This document shows positions 20,019 through 29,975 of a DNA stretch of 64,000 nt, piece by piece; the stretch's first letter is position 1, and every line of letters starts with the position of its first letter. The stretch comes from an uncultured Deinococcaceae bacterium (GTDB lineage: Bacteria; Deinococcota; Deinococci; Deinococcales; Deinococcaceae), in the NCBI GenBank assembly GCA_964252075.1, contig CAXULY010000013.1:32001-96000 (forward strand), in the 5' to 3' direction. The position numbers and the translations under genes are program-made. The notes under the pieces are model-generated. The model was not told the origin of the DNA and did not search any database. It was given only the letters and a program-made list of their open reading frames with translations.

Positions 20019-21083
20019 ATGAGCCCGTCCACCACGCGTGACACCCGCGACGACCTGATCCCTCACGAGGACCGCGGCGAAGTGCTGGAGACGCCGCAGG
20101 AGCAGCTCCGCACGCACGCACGCACGCCCGCCGCCCTGATGTTCGTGCGCAACAACAACCCGTACCCGCCCGGCGCGGACACCCTGCAGAGCGCGCCGGA
20201 CCTGGGCCCGCTGCGCATCGAGGGCCTCAGCGGCGGGCCGCTCAGCGTGGACCTCGCGGCGCTCGCCGCGCTGCCGCACGCGGAGGTGGAGGCCGTCATG
20301 CAGTGTGCGGGGAACGGCCGAGCCTTCTACCGGAACGCGGCGGACATTGAGGGCAGCGCGTGGCGGCGCGGCGGGGCGTTGAACGCCGTCTTCGGCGGCG
20401 TGCCGCTGCGGCAGCTGCTCGGTGGTCGCGCGCCGCTGCCGGACGCGCGGTACCTGACCGCCACCGGGCACGACGGCGGCTGCGGCTACGAGAAGAGCGT
20501 GCCGCTCGCGGACGCGCTGGCGTCCGCCCTGCTGGTGGACCGCCTGAACGGTGAGCCACTGTGCGGCGCGCACGGCGGGCCGCTGCGCCTGCTGATGCCC
20601 GGGTACTTCGGGACGGTGAACGTGAAGTGGCTGCGCCGCCTGCACTTCACGCCCGAGGAAACCCCCCACGAGGCGCAGCGGCAGCGCTACCGGGTGCCCA
20701 CCCCGGACGGCGACTCGCGGCCGTGCTGGCGCCAGCCCCTCAAGAGCCTGCTGCTCGCGCCCATCGAAGGTGAGGTGCTGCCCGCCGGGCCCGTCACGCT
20801 CTCCGGGGTGGCCTTCAACGACGGCGGGTGCCGCATCGCGCGCGTGGACGTCACGCCCGACGGCGGCGCCACGTGGTGGCCCACCGACCTCGAAGCGCCG
20901 CGCGGCCCCTACGCGTGGAGGCGCTGGCAGGTCACGCTGCCCCTCGCGCCCGGCGCGCACCGCTTCGGCGCGCGCGCCACCGACGCCGAGGGCCGCACGC
21001 AACCGCTGGACGGCAACGCCACCTGGAACCCCGAGGGCTACGAGTGGCAGGGCGTGGACTTCGTGCGCTTCGAGGTGCGCTGA
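20019..21083 (+). CDS. Sulfite oxidase family molybdopterin oxidoreductase (no signal peptide)
   Basis: FVRNN, MQCAGNGR (Mo-ligating Cys), LNGEPL...HGGPLRLLMPG, VKWL, C-terminal dimerisation domain; AGGAGG RBS. Confidence 0.9.
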   Translation: MSPSTTRDTRDDLIPHEDRGEVLETPQEQLRTHARTPAALMFVRNNNPYPPGADTLQSAPDLGPLRIEGLSGGPLSVDLAALAALPHAEVEAVMQCAGNGRAFYRNAADIEGSAWRRGGALNAVFGGVPLRQLLGGRAPLPDARYLTATGHDGGCGYEKSVPLADALASALLVDRLNGEPLCGAHGGPLRLLMPGYFGTVNVKWLRRLHFTPEETPHEAQRQRYRVPTPDGDSRPCWRQPLKSLLLAPIEGEVLPAGPVTLSGVAFNDGGCRIARVDVTPDGGATWWPTDLEAPRGPYAWRRWQVTLPLAPGAHRFGARATDAEGRTQPLDGNATWNPEGYEWQGVDFVRFEVR

Positions 21084-21097
21084 GCCCCGCGCGGCGG

Positions 21098-21358
21098 TCA
21101 GTGCACCGAGTAGAGCGTGCGCCCGTGTGACTCCGCCACCTTCAGCAGACCCAGGGTGAGCAGGCGCTCGCACAGCGCGTCCACCTCGGGGAGCGTCAGG
21201 CCGAGCGCCTGCGCGATTCCGGCGGCGTCCTCGCGCCGCCCCAGCAGGTGCCCGATCAGCCGGCCCTCAATGGGGCGCAGGGGCGCGTCCAGGTCCGAGA
21301 GGCGTTGTCGCGGCGCGCCCTTGCGGCTGAGGAGTCCGTTCGAGCTTTTCACGGTCAT
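21098..21358 (-). CDS. Small winged-helix DNA-binding protein
   Basis: AGIAQALGLTLPEVDALCERLLTLGLL HTH-like pattern with a wing (GRTLY). Confidence 0.6.
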   Translation of the reverse strand: MTVKSSNGLLSRKGAPRQRLSDLDAPLRPIEGRLIGHLLGRREDAAGIAQALGLTLPEVDALCERLLTLGLLKVAESHGRTLYSVH

Positions 21359-21413
21359 GCCCTCACTACGCCACACCCCGCCTCACACTTCTCTTACTTC
21401 ACCCACGCGCGAC

Positions 21414-22535
21414 TCACGCGACGGGCGCCACCGTGCTGCTGTGAATGGTGCGCTCCTCCGCCTCGCCGCCGCGCAGGAGGGGCATCACCAGTTCCCCGAA
21501 ACGCCGCGCCTCTTCCAGGTGTGGGTACCCGCTGAAGATGAAGGTCGAGATGCCCAGGCGCTCGTAGCCGCGAATCTTGTCCGCCACCTGCTGCGGGCTC
21601 CCCACAATCGCCACGCCCACCCCGCTGCGCGCCATGCCGACGCCCGCCCACAGGTTCGGTTCGACCAGCAGCGAATCACCCGCCTGCCGCAGCATCTCAA
21701 TCTGCCGCAGCTGCCCCACGCCGTCCACGTGCTGGTAGCTTTCCACAAAGGCGCGCCGCACCTCCGGGTCCACCCGCGAGATCAGGCGCTCCGCGGCCTG
21801 CCACGCCTCGTCCTCCGTCTCGCGCACGATCACGTGCGTGCGCAGGCCGTACCCGAGGGTGCGCCCGTACTCCGCTTCCAGCGCGCGCATCTTCGCGAGG
21901 CGCTCTTCGAGCATGTCCTGGCGCTCGCCCCACAGCAGGTACACGTCCGCGAGTTCCGCCGCGAGGCGCTGCGCCGCCTCCGATGCGCCCCCAAAATACA
22001 GGGGCACCGGCACGACGGGCGGCGGGTCCAGCACCGCGCCCTCGAAGCGGTAGAGGTCCGAGTGGTAACTCTGCGGGGGCGTGCCCGTCCACAGCTGCCG
22101 CAGGATCTGCATGAACTCCCGCGTGCGCTCGTAGCGCTGCGCGTGCGCCTCGAAATCCCCGTACATGGCGTTCTCGGCGGGGCTGGAGCCCGTCACGATG
22201 TTCACCCGCACGCGCCCCGGGAAGAGGTTCTGCGCGCTCGCGATCATCTTCGCGTACATGGCCGGGTGGAACATGCCGGGCCGCACCGCGATCAGCAGGC
22301 CCGCGCCGCGCGTGCGGGCGAGCGCCGCGATGGCCGCCGTGTAGTTCTCGTGCTCGCTGTGGTAGTTCGTGGCGGTCAGCAGGCTGGAGAAGCCCGCCTC
22401 CGCGGCGGTCTCGATCAGGCTGGATACGTACTCCAGGGTGGGCTTGCGGGGCGGCTTCTCCCGGGTGCCGATGAACTCGCCGTCGCGGGAGAGCTGCGCG
22501 AACCACAGGAAGTCGGAGGTGGAGGGGGTGGTCAT
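21414..22535 (-). CDS. LLM-class flavin-dependent monooxygenase, SsuD/SmoC-like (sulfonate desulfonation)
   Basis: LIAVRPG, VNIVTG, PLYFGGASEAA, DVYLLWGE, YGLRTHVIVRETEDEAW, PNLWAGVG, FIFSGYPHLEEA. Confidence 0.9.
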   Translation of the reverse strand: MTTPSTSDFLWFAQLSRDGEFIGTREKPPRKPTLEYVSSLIETAAEAGFSSLLTATNYHSEHENYTAAIAALARTRGAGLLIAVRPGMFHPAMYAKMIASAQNLFPGRVRVNIVTGSSPAENAMYGDFEAHAQRYERTREFMQILRQLWTGTPPQSYHSDLYRFEGAVLDPPPVVPVPLYFGGASEAAQRLAAELADVYLLWGERQDMLEERLAKMRALEAEYGRTLGYGLRTHVIVRETEDEAWQAAERLISRVDPEVRRAFVESYQHVDGVGQLRQIEMLRQAGDSLLVEPNLWAGVGMARSGVGVAIVGSPQQVADKIRGYERLGISTFIFSGYPHLEEARRFGELVMPLLRGGEAEERTIHSSTVAPVA

Positions 22536-23014
22536 GCGGGGAACTCCTTGAGGGGCTTGGTGAGCTTGAGGGTGTCTTCCTGAAAGCCGAGCGCGGCGTA
22601 GAACCCCCGCGCCCGGGCGTTCGCGGCGAAGACGTGCAGGGTCAGGGTGGGCAGGCCGCGCGCCCGCGCCCAGTCCTCCGCGGCGGCGACGAGCGCGCGG
22701 CCCAGGCCGCGCCCCTCGGCGCCCGGCGCCACCGCGATGGACGCGAGGTACGCCTGCGGCTCCGCGCTGAAGTAATCGTGCTCCACGCGCACCTCCACGA
22801 AGCCCGCGAGGGCGCCGGACGCCTCCGCGACCAGCACGAGGCTGTCCGGTTCGTCTGGCTGGAGCTGCGCGAGCAGGCGCTGGTTGGCCATCACCACCTG
22901 CACCGGGTCGTGCCACGCGGGCAGGTCGAAGGCCACGAAGCGCGGGGCGAAGGTCAGCAGGGCCGCGCGGTCCGATCCCCTGAAGGGCCGCAGGGTGAAG
23001 CCGGGCGCGCTCAC
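22532..23014 (-). CDS. GNAT acetyltransferase
   Basis: IAVAPGAEGRGLGRALV, NARARGFYAALGF. Confidence 0.9.
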   Translation of the reverse strand: MSAPGFTLRPFRGSDRAALLTFAPRFVAFDLPAWHDPVQVVMANQRLLAQLQPDEPDSLVLVAEASGALAGFVEVRVEHDYFSAEPQAYLASIAVAPGAEGRGLGRALVAAAEDWARARGLPTLTLHVFAANARARGFYAALGFQEDTLKLTKPLKEFPA

Positions 23015-23235
23015 CGCTCGTTCCCCCGCTTGAAGTTGCCCGTCGCCTTCGCCAGCGCGAGCTGGGCGGCGAGGGGGTCGCCGGACTGCACGGCCTTCAG
23101 GAGCTTCTCGGCCTCCCGGCCCCTGAAGACCCGCGCCAGCCGCCCCTGATGGAACACCGTGAGGGTGCCGCACTTGTCCTGGCGGTACGTGAAGGGCTCG
23201 GCCTTCAGGGCGTCGTGCTGGTCCACGCCGCTCAC
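23011..23235 (-). CDS. Small hypothetical protein (74 aa)
   Basis: GTGA-coupled on both sides; C-terminal QLALAKATGNFKRGNER resembles a conserved small-protein family. Confidence 0.7.
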   Translation of the reverse strand: MSGVDQHDALKAEPFTYRQDKCGTLTVFHQGRLARVFRGREAEKLLKAVQSGDPLAAQLALAKATGNFKRGNER

Positions 23236-24068
23236 GCCTTTACCCCGCCCGCCGTCAGGCCCGTCACGAAGCGCTTCTGGAACACCACGATCAAGAGCAC
23301 GACCGGGAGTACCGCGATCATGATGGCGGCTGAAATAACTGGCCACGGAAAGGTGAATTCACCTTGGTACAGCGGGACGCCTACGGCCACTGTGCGCATC
23401 AATGGACTGGTATTGAATGTCAGCGCCAGCAGGAACTCGTTCCAGGAGTTCACGAACACCAGGAGCGCCGCGGTCACCATGCCGGGCGCGCTGAGCGGCA
23501 CCACCACCCGCCACAGCGCCCCCACCCGCGACGAGCCGTCCACCATCGCGGCGGCCTCCAGGTCGCGCGGGATGCCCGCGAAGAAGGCCATGAGGACCAG
23601 AATCGCGACGGGCAGCGAGAGCGCCGTGTAAGGCAGGATCAGCGCAGGGTAGCTGTTTAGCAGGTTCAGGCCGCGCATGATCTTGAAGAGCGGCACCATC
23701 AGACTGACGGTGGGGAACATGCTGAACACCACCACCAGCGTGACGTAGAGGGCGCGCCCGCGCAGCTTCAGGCGCGTGAGGGCGTACGCGGCGAGCGCCG
23801 CCACCACCACGCACAGCCCGGTGCTGACGCCCGACACGATCAGGGAATTCAGGAAGAAGCGCGCGAAAGGCTGCTGCGTGAACACCTGCCCATAGTTCTG
23901 CCAGGCAGGCGCGTGCGGCAGGTACTGCACGGGGAACTGCTGCAGTTCATCGCCCGTCTTGAGGCTGGTGAGCGCGATCCACACCAGCGGAAAGCAGCCG
24001 CCCACGATGAGCAGCAGCAGGCCCAGGTACTTCACGAGCCGCTCGGGGAGGGGCAGGGCGCGCGTCAC
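23232..24068 (-). CDS. Carbohydrate ABC permease (SmoH/MalG-like)
   Basis: FFAGIPRDLEAAAMVDG EAA loop, SWNEFL. Confidence 0.92.
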   Translation of the reverse strand: MTRALPLPERLVKYLGLLLLIVGGCFPLVWIALTSLKTGDELQQFPVQYLPHAPAWQNYGQVFTQQPFARFFLNSLIVSGVSTGLCVVVAALAAYALTRLKLRGRALYVTLVVVFSMFPTVSLMVPLFKIMRGLNLLNSYPALILPYTALSLPVAILVLMAFFAGIPRDLEAAAMVDGSSRVGALWRVVVPLSAPGMVTAALLVFVNSWNEFLLALTFNTSPLMRTVAVGVPLYQGEFTFPWPVISAAIMIAVLPVVLLIVVFQKRFVTGLTAGGVKA

Positions 24069-25003
24069 GCGTCCCCCCGCACGAAGCGCACGTAGAAGGC
24101 CGTGATGACGAGGCTCACCGCGAACAGCGCCACCGCGAGCGCCGCGCCGTACCCGAAGTCCAGGAACTCGATGGTGGTGCGGTAGATGTAGATGCCGAGC
24201 GTCTCGGTCGCGCCGCCCGCCCCGACGGTGGGGCCGCCGCCCGTGAGGGCGTAGGGGATGTCGAAGAGCTGGATGGCGCTGATCGCGCGGAAGATGAACG
24301 CCACCGCGAGCGCCGGGGCGAGCATGGGGAGCGTGATGTGCCAGAAGTTCGCCCACTTGCTCGCGCCGTCCACCTCCGCCGCCTCGCTGAGGTCCTGCGG
24401 GATGCCCTGCAGCCCCCCGAGCGCGATGAGCGCCACGAAGCTTGCGGTCTTCCACACCACCGTGATGACGAGCGCCACGCCCGCCAGCACGGGGCTGGAC
24501 AGGAAGCGCAGCGGCTCCGCGATCAGGTGCGCGCGTACCAGCAGGTCGTTGATGACGCCGTACTGCCCGTTGAACAGCCACTGAAAAATCAGCGCGCTGA
24601 TGACGGGCGGCATCGCCCACGGGAGCAGCATCGCGACGCGCGCCAGCCAGCGCAGGCGCGACTCTGCGTGCGCGACGAGCGCCATCGGCACGCCGATGAT
24701 GAACGAGCCCACGACCTCCGCGCCGCCGTACAGCAGGGTGTTGCGCAGGGCGTTTAAAAAGCGCGCGTCCCCGAACATGTGCGCGTAGTTCTTCAGGCCC
24801 ACGAAGGGCGTGCCCAGCCACGGCTCGGTAAGGCTCTGCGCGAAGAGGCTGGTGTACACGGTGTTCAGCATGGGGTAGAGCAGCACGCCCCCGAAGATCA
24901 GCGCGGCGGGCAGCAGCAGCCAGAAGGCCAGTGCCCCTTCGCTGGCCTCGCGGCGGGGGCGGCGGGCGGCGGGGCGGGAGGGGACGCTCTGGCTCACGCC
25001 CAC
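24065..25003 (-). CDS. Carbohydrate ABC permease (SmoG/MalF-like)
   Basis: FVGLKNY, GLQGIPQDLSEAAEVDGA. Confidence 0.92.
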   Translation of the reverse strand: MGVSQSVPSRPAARRPRREASEGALAFWLLLPAALIFGGVLLYPMLNTVYTSLFAQSLTEPWLGTPFVGLKNYAHMFGDARFLNALRNTLLYGGAEVVGSFIIGVPMALVAHAESRLRWLARVAMLLPWAMPPVISALIFQWLFNGQYGVINDLLVRAHLIAEPLRFLSSPVLAGVALVITVVWKTASFVALIALGGLQGIPQDLSEAAEVDGASKWANFWHITLPMLAPALAVAFIFRAISAIQLFDIPYALTGGGPTVGAGGATETLGIYIYRTTIEFLDFGYGAALAVALFAVSLVITAFYVRFVRGDA

Positions 25004-25034
25004 CCCCCTGTCGCCCTCAAGCGCGCGCTCATCA

Positions 25035-26282
25035 TCACTGCTTCAACAGTGGCTCCAGGCCCTGCTGCATGTCCTTCAGGGCCGCGTCCACGCTCTTGGA
25101 GCCCGCCACCGCGGCGGACACGTTGTTGCGGATGACTTCCGACACGCGCGGGTAGGCGGGCGTGACGGGGCGGGGCCGCGCGCCCTTCACGACGGGCAGC
25201 ATGGCCTTGAAGTGCGGGTTGGCGGCCAGCACCGCCTTGTCGGTGTACAGCGCGGTCCGCACGGGCAGGTACGCGCCCTTCACGGCGATCTCGCGCTGCA
25301 CGTTGGCGCTCACCATGTACTGCAGGAGCTTCGCGGCGGCCGCCTTGTTCTTGCTGTACGCGCTCACCGCCCAGTTCCAGCCGCCCGTGCAGGTGGCGCT
25401 GGCGTTCTTGCCGAAGGCGGGGAGTTTCGCGACGCCCACGTCGCCCTTCACCTTGGTGGGGTCGGGGCTGTTGCCCTGGAAGTGCGCCCAGGCGTAGCTC
25501 CAGTTCAGGCCGAACAGCACGTTCCCCGCCTGGAACTGCTGGCGGGAGTCGTCCGTCTTGATCTCGCTGCTCGCGGCGGGTGCGAGGCCGGTCTTCACGG
25601 CGTTCACGAGGAACCCGAGGCCCTGCTGGCCCTGCGCGCCCGTCACGTTGTTCACGGTGCCGCCCGCGCTCCACAGGGTCTCCAGGAAGTTGCACACGGT
25701 GCCCTCTATGGGCGCGCCCTGGAAGTTGAAGCCCTGCAGTTTGCCGCCTTCGGCCTTCGTGATCCGCTGCGCGGTCTGCGTGAGCTCGTCCCAGGTGGTG
25801 GGCACCTTCGCCTTGTACTTGTCCAGCAGGTCCTTGCGGTAGTACAGGAACTGCACGTCCGTGAAGGCGGGCAGCGCGTACAGCTTGCCGCTCACGCTGC
25901 TCGCCGCGATGGGGCCGGGCAGGAAGGCCTTCAGGTAGGCGTCCTTGCTGGGCAGGTAACTGTCGAGCGGTTCCGCCCAGTTCGCGGCGGCGAAGGTCGC
26001 GGTGCGCACCACGTCGATCAGGAACACGTCGAGGCTGGGGTCGCGCGCGGCGAGCACGGTGGTGAGGTACTGGTTCTGCACCTCGCTGGTGGCGCCGCCC
26101 TGCTCGATCTTGATCTTGATGTTGGGGTTCTGCTGGCTGAAACGATCAAATATCGGCTGGAACACTTCCGGGCGCTGCTGTGAGCCCATGAAGACGGTCA
26201 GCGTGGTCTGCTGCGCGAGCGCGGCGGAGGCGGCGCTGAGGCCCAGCAGGGCGAGGGTGGCTGAGGCGATGGTTCGGTTCAT
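25035..26282 (-). CDS. Sugar ABC substrate-binding protein, SmoF-like (sulfoquinovose/SQ-glycerol binding candidate)
   Basis: Signal peptide; segments GGATSEVQNQYL, QGAPIEGTVC, TDDSRQQFQAG, NWSYAW, TCTGGW, RPRPVTP closely match my recollection of Agrobacterium SmoF. Confidence 0.8.
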   Translation of the reverse strand: MNRTIASATLALLGLSAASAALAQQTTLTVFMGSQQRPEVFQPIFDRFSQQNPNIKIKIEQGGATSEVQNQYLTTVLAARDPSLDVFLIDVVRTATFAAANWAEPLDSYLPSKDAYLKAFLPGPIAASSVSGKLYALPAFTDVQFLYYRKDLLDKYKAKVPTTWDELTQTAQRITKAEGGKLQGFNFQGAPIEGTVCNFLETLWSAGGTVNNVTGAQGQQGLGFLVNAVKTGLAPAASSEIKTDDSRQQFQAGNVLFGLNWSYAWAHFQGNSPDPTKVKGDVGVAKLPAFGKNASATCTGGWNWAVSAYSKNKAAAAKLLQYMVSANVQREIAVKGAYLPVRTALYTDKAVLAANPHFKAMLPVVKGARPRPVTPAYPRVSEVIRNNVSAAVAGSKSVDAALKDMQQGLEPLLKQ

Positions 26283-26319
26283 GGGTGACCTCGTGGGTTG
26301 TGGTGGTGCCGATGCCCCG

Positions 26320-26348
26320 ACTGTACCCTGCCCGTCCGGGTGCGGCAA
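26320..26348 (-). promoter_or_regulatory. Promoter of the SmoF-like operon
   Basis: TTGCCG-N17-TACAGT on the minus strand, about 40 nt before the ATG. Confidence 0.5.
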
Positions 26349-26438
26349 TCGGCGGATCACCACGCCCACAAACATTACCAAATCCATCAACAATGGGCTG
26401 GGGCCGGGGGTCACCCCCCGGCCCCAGCGGGACCGCCG

Positions 26439-27611
26439 TCAGTAGCGGGGCAACCCCGCCAGTCCGCCGAACTCCTTCACGAGGCGGTTGGCGTGATCCC
26501 CGTGCACGCGCCGCACCTGCACCCCGTACAGCGACTGGAAGTCCGGCAGCACCTCCTCCAGCGTCACGCGCTCCATCAGGCTGCCGTCCAGCGGGCTCTC
26601 CGTGAGGTTGCGGCTGGTGAAGTACGGCACCTCATGGTTGTGGCTGCGGTACACGTGCATCTGCGCGCCGTCCTCAGGAATGACCAGCAGGTACAGCTGC
26701 GCCTGCTGGATCATCTCCAGCACCCGCTCCACCTCCATCACGCCCTTCTCCTGAATCTGGTCGAGCAGCTGCGCCTCCTGCTGCACGCGGTGCGCCTCGA
26801 CCATCGGCATGACCTTCTCCTGAATGTGCCCGATGTCCGCCCAGCCCGCGCCCGCACCCACGTTCGTCTCGCCGATCACCTGGTACGGCGGCTTGTCCGG
26901 CAGTTCCGCCTTGAACTCCGCGAGGCGCTGCACGGGCCCCACCAGCACCAGCTCCTTGAGGTTGTACGCGCGCATGACCTTGTCGAGCTCCGTGACCATC
27001 TGGTTGTAGAAGCGCTGCTGGTTGGCCTCCTCGCGCTTCTCGAACAGGTCGTAGCCGCTGTCGCTGCGCGGGCCGCTGCCCGGCTGGTTGCGCCCCGCGC
27101 CGCCCGAACCCTGGTTGCCGGGCACGTTGCGGGTGCCGGACACCATGGTGTCCCAGCGGTCCCCGTCGTCGAGGCGCACGTTCTCGCGGCGCCGGATCTC
27201 GCGCAGTTCGCCCTGCTGCAGCACGAAGAAGCGCGCCCACTCGCGGTCCACGGCGAGCACCGCGACGCTCGGCATGAGTTCCAGGATGCTGTCCAGCAGC
27301 GCCTTCATGGGCCGCCCGTAGTGAATGCGTTCCGGCAGGTCCATCTGCAGGTCGTGGCGTTCGAAGAGGTCGTCGCCCACCACGTACAAGGCGCTCTTGC
27401 CGCCCAGCTGCCCGGGGTGCTTCAGGTCGTCGAGCACCTGGTCCATGACGGTGGGCGGCACGCCGGCCTCCACCATCTGCACCTTCACGCGCGTGGCGAG
27501 TCCGGCGCTCTCGTTGTCCACATCGGCGGGATTGTCATGGATGACGGCCATCAGCACCATGGCGTCTTCGGGCAGGCTCTGAATGCGGTCAATGTCGGTT
27601 CTGGAGATCAT
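26439..27611 (-). CDS. Bacterial aeRF1/VLRF1-like protein (baeRF family)
   Basis: VLAVDREWARFF, LVLVGP, C-terminal GGLAGLPRY typical of aeRF1 domain 3; GAGGAGG RBS; no GGQ. Confidence 0.8.
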   Translation of the reverse strand: MISRTDIDRIQSLPEDAMVLMAVIHDNPADVDNESAGLATRVKVQMVEAGVPPTVMDQVLDDLKHPGQLGGKSALYVVGDDLFERHDLQMDLPERIHYGRPMKALLDSILELMPSVAVLAVDREWARFFVLQQGELREIRRRENVRLDDGDRWDTMVSGTRNVPGNQGSGGAGRNQPGSGPRSDSGYDLFEKREEANQQRFYNQMVTELDKVMRAYNLKELVLVGPVQRLAEFKAELPDKPPYQVIGETNVGAGAGWADIGHIQEKVMPMVEAHRVQQEAQLLDQIQEKGVMEVERVLEMIQQAQLYLLVIPEDGAQMHVYRSHNHEVPYFTSRNLTESPLDGSLMERVTLEEVLPDFQSLYGVQVRRVHGDHANRLVKEFGGLAGLPRY

Positions 27612-27799
27612 GCGGGCCTCCTCGTGAAATGAGTGGCCCCATTCTGGTGACGCGTGACGCTGAGGCAACGCACGGTTGGGTGAAGTCCGGTTCATGGGGC
27701 TTATGGCTGCGCTTAAGCGGTGTGTAAGGTGTGTAAGATACACACCCGCGCGCGCATGTTAGACTCGCGCCAGCAGGAGGTGAAGGGCGCACACACAAC

Positions 27800-27975
27800 T
27801 CGGGCAGCGTACAGGCCAGCGACCGCGCACGCGCGCCGCTGGTGACGAGGTGGAGGTCATCGAAAACATCTGCGGATGCCTCCAGGGTGAGCGAACGGCA
27901 CCCTACCCACCAGCCGCAAGGCTGGCAAGCCGGGCGATAACCCCCGCGGCAACGCGGGCATAAGGCCCAGGCACC
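27800..27975 (+). ncRNA. glmS ribozyme (GlcN6P-activated)
   Basis: AGCG cleavage site at 27806/27807, P1 GCCAGCG/CGCTGGT, conserved GACGAGGTGGAGGTCATCGAA...GCGGATGCCTCC core, directly upstream of glmS; 3' boundary approximate. Confidence 0.93.
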
Positions 27976-28104
27976 ACCGCATGGGCGGCCACCCAGCCGC
28001 CGGAACCCCCAACCCAACACGTGACCGCCCCAGCGCGGCCGCGTTCATCCTTGCGGGCCGCCCCAGTGCGGGGCGCGCCCATCACCCCGCAGGAGCACCA
28101 GACC

Positions 28105-29925
<1,821 letters not shown>

Positions 29926-29936
29926 CCGGACGCCGC

Positions 29937-29975
29937 AGGGGGCGGGCCGTCACGCACGGTCCGCCCCGCTGTTTT
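29937..29975 (+). terminator. Terminator between convergent glmS and GH42 genes
   Basis: GGGGCGGGCCGT/ACGGTCCGCCCC hairpin followed by TTTT. Confidence 0.6.

Noticed and set aside
26365..26396. AT-rich segment upstream of the SmoF-like operon as an Rrf2/CymR-type sulfur operator
   Set aside because: The symmetry is too weak to support without comparative data.
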